A DNA stretch of 22,368 nt from Sandaracinaceae bacterium (GTDB lineage Bacteria; Myxococcota_A; Polyangia; Polyangiales; Sandaracinaceae): NCBI GenBank assembly GCA_044220955.1, contig JBGAQA010000103.1:1-22368 (forward strand), read 5' to 3'. Below are positions 16,211 to 22,368 of this stretch, piece after piece. Each line of letters starts with the position of its first letter. Position 1 is the first letter of the stretch. A program made the translations under genes and the position numbers. The notes under the pieces are model-generated. The model was given only the letters and a program-made list of their open reading frames with translations, had not been told where the DNA came from and did not search any database.

Positions 16211-16238
16211 TTGACAGGCTCGTAACCTCGGCGATAAT
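16211..16238 (+). promoter_or_regulatory. Near-consensus sigma70-type promoter of the OmpA/TSP3 gene
   Basis: TTGACA (16211-16216)-N16-GATAAT (16233-16238). AGGGGAG RBS before ATG 16308. Confidence 0.75.
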
Positions 16239-16307
16239 CGCGGCCGCCCCGGCGAAATCGCGGCTCTTTTGCGCGAGGTCGGCTGCGGGCATTAGGGGAG
16301 TCTCTGC

Positions 16308-18398
<2,091 letters not shown>

Positions 18399-18543
18399 GA
18401 GGCCGTCGAAAGACCCGGAGCGCGAGCACGCCGCCGGCACGGCTTCGTGGTGGCGTCCGCCGAGATGCCGCCTCCGGGCTGGCGGAGATCCGCTCGTCGT
18501 TTCTTTGCGCTCCGCGCCGAGCAGCGCTTAGCGTCGGAGCGCG

Positions 18544-20224
18544 GTGCGTGTCCTCTTCGTCGCCCTCCTGCTCTTGCTCGTGGTCCCGGTGCGGGCGCTC
18601 GCGTGGGCCGACGCGACGGTGCGATCGGCGAGTGCGATCGGCGAGCGCGCGCGTCTCGATCGGAGAGGACGCGCGCGCGCACGTCGCGATCGACGCGACG
18701 CTCCGGATCGACGGCGGGTGGCTCGAGGCGCTCGAGCTCGACGGGCTCGACCCAGGGCTCGTCCTCGATCCGCTCGACCCCGTGACGATGGCGCCGGCGC
18801 CGAGCACGGACGGCGCGCTCGCCAGCGCGGGGAGCACCGAGCCGCTCGAGCCGCGCGTGACGCTCGGCGAGGACGGCGTGCTGGTCCTGGCGTTCACCCG
18901 CCGTCGCGCGCCGCGGCGCGGCGAGTACGTCGTGCACCTCGCGTACGACGCGGACCTCTCGAGCCGCGCCGTCGCCGACGAGGACGGCGTGCACGTGCTC
19001 TGGACGTTCCCCGCCTGGCGGCACGGGCTCGACTCGGTGCGCGTCGAGCTGGCGCTGCCGCCGCAGGCGAGCCCGGTGATCGGCCCCGACGACGAGATCG
19101 TGGTGGAGCAGCGCACCGAGGCAGAGCACACGGTCTGGACTCTCACCCGCGCGCACCTCGCTCGGACCCGCGAGTGGCCGATCGAGATCCGGGCGCCCGA
19201 GGGGGTGATCGCCGCCAGCCGCGCGGCGCCCCCCACGCCCGTCCCGGCGCCCGCCGACGGGCGCGCGCTCGAGGCGCCGAGGCCTCCCTGGCAGGGCGGG
19301 ATCGCGCTCGCGCTCGCGAGCGTGCTGGTCGCCGTCCGGATCCTGAGGTCGCCGCGGCGCGAAGCGAGCGAGCGGGTCGTGCTCCGGCCCCTGGTCCCGC
19401 TGCCGCCCGTCGCGCGGGCGCTCGCCGCGCTCCTGCTGGGTGCGGCGTGGATGGGCGCCGCGCTCGTCGGCGTGCGCCCCGAGGCTCACGCCGTCCTCGC
19501 GGTCGCGCTCCTCGCGGTCGGGGTCAGCCGCGGCGCGCCCGTCCCGGTCGCGCCGAAGCTCGGCTCGTTCCGGCACGCGACGCTCACGATCCGCCGCGCC
19601 GCCCGCCGGGCGACGCGCTGGCACCGCCTCGGGATCGACGCCTGGCTCGACGCGACCACGCTGCCCGGGCTCGCGCTGCTCGGCGCGCTCGCGGCGACGG
19701 GCGCGGGGCTGCCCGTCGCGGCCCTCGGTCCGGTGTCGCTCGCGCTCGCGATCGTCGTCTTCCTCGCGGTCGACGGCGCGCGCGCCCTGCGCCCGGAGCC
19801 ACCGCTCGTCGCGCTGACGCGCCTGGTCGCGCTCGCCGCTCGCTCGCGGGTCTCGCTCGAGGGACCTGCGCTCGCGCTGATGCCCGTCGTTCACCTCGAC
19901 GTGGGCGGCGTCGCACAAGAGGCGCGCCTGCGCGTGATCGCGGCCATGCCCGAGGGCGTCCTGCGCACCGACGTCGTGATCGCACGGCGGGGCGTGCTCG
20001 GCGCGCGCTACGGGTTGCTCGTCGTCGTGGCGCGCGGCTCCGAGATCGACCTCGCGCTCGCCTCGGACGAGCGCTTCGAGACCGTCGCCGCCGGATCCGA
20101 TCGCGTCGCTCGGCTCACACCGATCGCGCTGAGCGCGATCGATCGCGCCGTCGCCCGGGTCGTCGAGGCAGGAGCGCGATGCGCGCCCGTCGACGCGAGC
20201 CCAGCCCTCACATCCGCTGCTTGA
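18544..20224 (+). pseudogene. Signal-peptide, multi-TM membrane protein (DUF2207-like N-domain) broken by a 13-bp tandem duplication; 555 aa if restored
   Basis: GTG 18544 gives the signal peptide MRVLFVALLLLLVVPVRALA-WADATVRSAS. GTGCGATCGGCGA occurs twice (18619-18631, 18632-18644). Removing one copy joins the signal peptide in frame to ARVSIGEDARAHV... of ORF 18278..20224. The DUF2207 label is tentative. Confidence 0.8.
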
Positions 20225-20759
20225 GGAACCCGCGGATCTCGCCGGCGTTCTTGAGCGCGCGCACGACGGCGTCCTCGTCGAGCTCGAGGCGCTCGACGAT
20301 CGCCTCGTGTACCGAGTCGTAGAGCCACGTCGCCGCCTCGGCGTCGCGCGCACACTCGGCCGCGCTGTGGCCCTCGTAGGCCGTCTTCGGAAGCGCGTCC
20401 ACGGCGCGGTCGAGCACCGCCATCAGCTCGCCGAGGTGCGCGCGCACCTCCTTCATCTGCGGATCGAACGCCCCGATGGTGTCGGCGCTGTCCTCGCGGT
20501 GGCGCTTGATGACGTCCGGGGACGACTTGGCGAGGCGCTCGATGAGCAGCCGCAGCAGGATCACGTCGTCGGCGTAGGCCAGCACACCCTTCGTTCCCGG
20601 GATGGCGTTCTGCCCCGAGAGCACGTGCAGGATCGTCCCGCACGCCAGGACGCGACCGGCGTCATCCAGGTCGGGGTCCTCCACGACACGGAGAATCGCT
20701 TTCAGGTCGTGCGGTAGAGAGAGCATCCCCTCCCGCAATACGTCCGCGAACGTCGTCAT
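20208..20759 (-). CDS. DUF1232/YkvA-like protein, 183 aa
   Basis: LPHDLKAILRVVEDPDLDDAGRVLACGTILHVLSGQNAIPGTKGVLAYADDVILL resembles the YkvA core (Y..SP.D.IPD...G..DD), though diverged. GGAG RBS. Confidence 0.72.
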   Translation of the reverse strand: MTTFADVLREGMLSLPHDLKAILRVVEDPDLDDAGRVLACGTILHVLSGQNAIPGTKGVLAYADDVILLRLLIERLAKSSPDVIKRHREDSADTIGAFDPQMKEVRAHLGELMAVLDRAVDALPKTAYEGHSAAECARDAEAATWLYDSVHEAIVERLELDEDAVVRALKNAGEIRGFLKQRM

Positions 20760-20852
20760 CTCTCCGGACCCTCTTCGCCGGAATCTCGATTGTCTCAGCG
20801 TGCGCGCCGCGGATCAATGGCCTTCGCGCCGTTTCTCGGCGCGCGCGGCTGC

Positions 20853-21824
20853 TCAGGGCGAACGGATCCAGCTCGGCATGAAGAGCAGGACGAACAGGAC
20901 GAGCGTCCCGATCGCGACGATCCGGCGTCTCGGCGAGAGCGGCCTGTGGCCCGCCGGCGGGTGATCGAGACCGCCCGAGAGCCGGCCGAGGACGAGGAGC
21001 ATCCCGAACCACACCAGCCAGTGTGTGCCGGCCTCGAGCGCGTGGAAGAGGTGATCGCCCCGCTCTCCCGCCGCGTAGGCCCGGACGCCGTAGTACGCGC
21101 TCGTCGCGAGCGCCGCGAGGGGCAGCAGGCGGTGCACGAGCCTCCCGAGCCGGTTCTGGCGCTCGCCCAGCAGGGCGAACGCGACGTGGCCTCCGTCGAG
21201 CTGCCCGACCGGCAAGAGGTTCATCATCGTGACCAAGAGGCCCGCCCAGCCGGCGAACGCGGTCGGCGTCAGCCAGATGTCGGAGCCGGCCGGGATCGGA
21301 CCCCACACCGCGTAGAGGACGATCTCGTAGAGAATGGAGTGACCCTCCATGATCACGTCGTCGCCGAACGACGAGACGAGGCCGATGCGCGAGGTCGCCA
21401 CGCCGTAGACCAGGACGGGCAGGGCGACGCACATCCCCGCGAGCGGGCCCGACGCGCCCACGTCGAGGAGCTTGTCGTTGTCGTCGATGCGCCCGCGCTG
21501 TCGGATCACCGCGCCCATCGTGCCGAGCAGCGTGATCGGCATCGGGATGAAGTAGGGCGGTGAGATGTCCACGCCGTGGATGCGGCCCGCGACGTAGTGG
21601 CCGAGCTCGTGCGTCACGAGGATGGCGAGCAGCGGCAGCGCGAAGTCGGCGCCCGTCCAGAGCGAGGCGAGATCGCTCACCTCGACGCCGTGCATCTGCG
21701 CGCCCGCGAGCAGCGTGGTCCCGAGCGTCAGGATCAGCAGGAAGATCGACCACGCCCAGCCGCGCGCGTGGCGCGTCTTCCGGTCGTCCTCGGGCTCGTC
21801 CGTCTCGGGCGCCGCGTCGCTCAC
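20853..21824 (-). CDS. Site-2 protease (peptidase M50) intramembrane metalloprotease, 323 aa
   Basis: HELGH zinc motif, PYFIP..GTMGAVI, GPLAG, NLLPVGQLDGGH and multiple TM helices. GTG start overlaps the upstream TGA. Confidence 0.93.
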   Translation of the reverse strand: MSDAAPETDEPEDDRKTRHARGWAWSIFLLILTLGTTLLAGAQMHGVEVSDLASLWTGADFALPLLAILVTHELGHYVAGRIHGVDISPPYFIPMPITLLGTMGAVIRQRGRIDDNDKLLDVGASGPLAGMCVALPVLVYGVATSRIGLVSSFGDDVIMEGHSILYEIVLYAVWGPIPAGSDIWLTPTAFAGWAGLLVTMMNLLPVGQLDGGHVAFALLGERQNRLGRLVHRLLPLAALATSAYYGVRAYAAGERGDHLFHALEAGTHWLVWFGMLLVLGRLSGGLDHPPAGHRPLSPRRRIVAIGTLVLFVLLFMPSWIRSP

Positions 21825-22245
21825 GTCGGTCCGTCGATCCCCATCGCGCGAGCGATCACCGCGAGGGCCGTCTCGATGCGCGCGTCGACCGTGACCAGCC
21901 CCCCGCGCACGTGGCAGCCGCCGCGCGCCATGGCCGGATCGTCCTCGAGCACGATCTCGTCCGGCAAGCGCCCGGCGAGGCGCGCCTCGAGGGCCTTGCG
22001 GTCGTCGGGGTGGAGCGAGACGCGGACCGCGCTGTCCGCGCGCGCCCTCGCGAGGGCGCGGTGCACGATGCGCTCGAGGAGCGCGGGATCGGCGCAGACC
22101 TGCTCGCCGACCAGCCGGGTCGCGACCTCGAGCGCCAGGCTGCCGATCTCGCGCGACGCGCCCTCGCGCAGGCGAGCGCGCTCGCGGGCGAGCTCCGCCA
22201 GGCCGCCCACGAGCTCGCGCTCCACGGCCGAGTCGAGCGCCGCGC
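21821..22245 (-). CDS. FliH/SctL-family (type III export stator-like) C-terminal region; native 5' end not visible
   Basis: REIGSLALEVATRLVGEQV..DPALLERIVHRAL..VRVSLHPDD..LEDDPAMARGGCHV..VTVDARIETAL follows the FliH/SctL C-domain pattern. Confidence 0.78.
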
Positions 22246-22368
22246 GACGCACCACGCGCTCATCGGTGCGCTCCAGGCCGCGCACCAGAATCTTCCCCAC
22301 GTGTACCTGCGGCCCCGGGACCACGCGGAAGGTCGCGGTGACCGCCGCGTCGGCGTCCACGTCCCAGC
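22246..22368 (-). other. POTRA-like fragment (BamA/TamA family), in frame with the FliH-like region and open to the window edge
   Basis: VTATFRVVPGPQVHVGKILVRGLERTDERVVRR fits the POTRA-POTRA junction pattern (V.F.V.(E/P)GP...VG.I.V.G..RT.E.V.RR). Confidence 0.6.

Noticed and set aside
18410..18506. Terminator or small RNA after the OmpA/TSP3 gene
   Set aside because: Only short imperfect GC stems precede TCGTTTCTTT. I could not define a convincing structure.

Overview
High-GC chromosomal DNA whose gene repertoire (two Hanks-type Ser/Thr kinases, FHA-TM-TPR protein, Cys-rich and VWA lipoproteins, TSP3/OmpA protein, DUF2378-like remnant) points to a myxobacterium, probably Polyangiales/Sandaracinaceae-like (inference). 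About 20 genes are present, mostly for signalling and the cell envelope. I see no rRNA, tRNA, CRISPR array or mobile element. Main observations: (1) lysine is almost absent from every predicted extracytoplasmic protein or domain (4 Lys in ~2,840 aa), while the cytoplasmic halves of the same proteins use it normally; (2) a 49-aa, very basic gene missing from the ORF track has its own RBS, terminator and candidate promoter; (3) a stand-alone cNMP-binding gene is coupled to an MscS gene; (4) there are four separate gene lesions (internally deleted DUF2378-like gene, frameshifted VWA lipoprotein, 13-bp tandem duplication, POTRA/FliH chimera), which could be real decay or assembly errors. Family calls come from motif recognition by eye, not database searches, and residue counts are manual.
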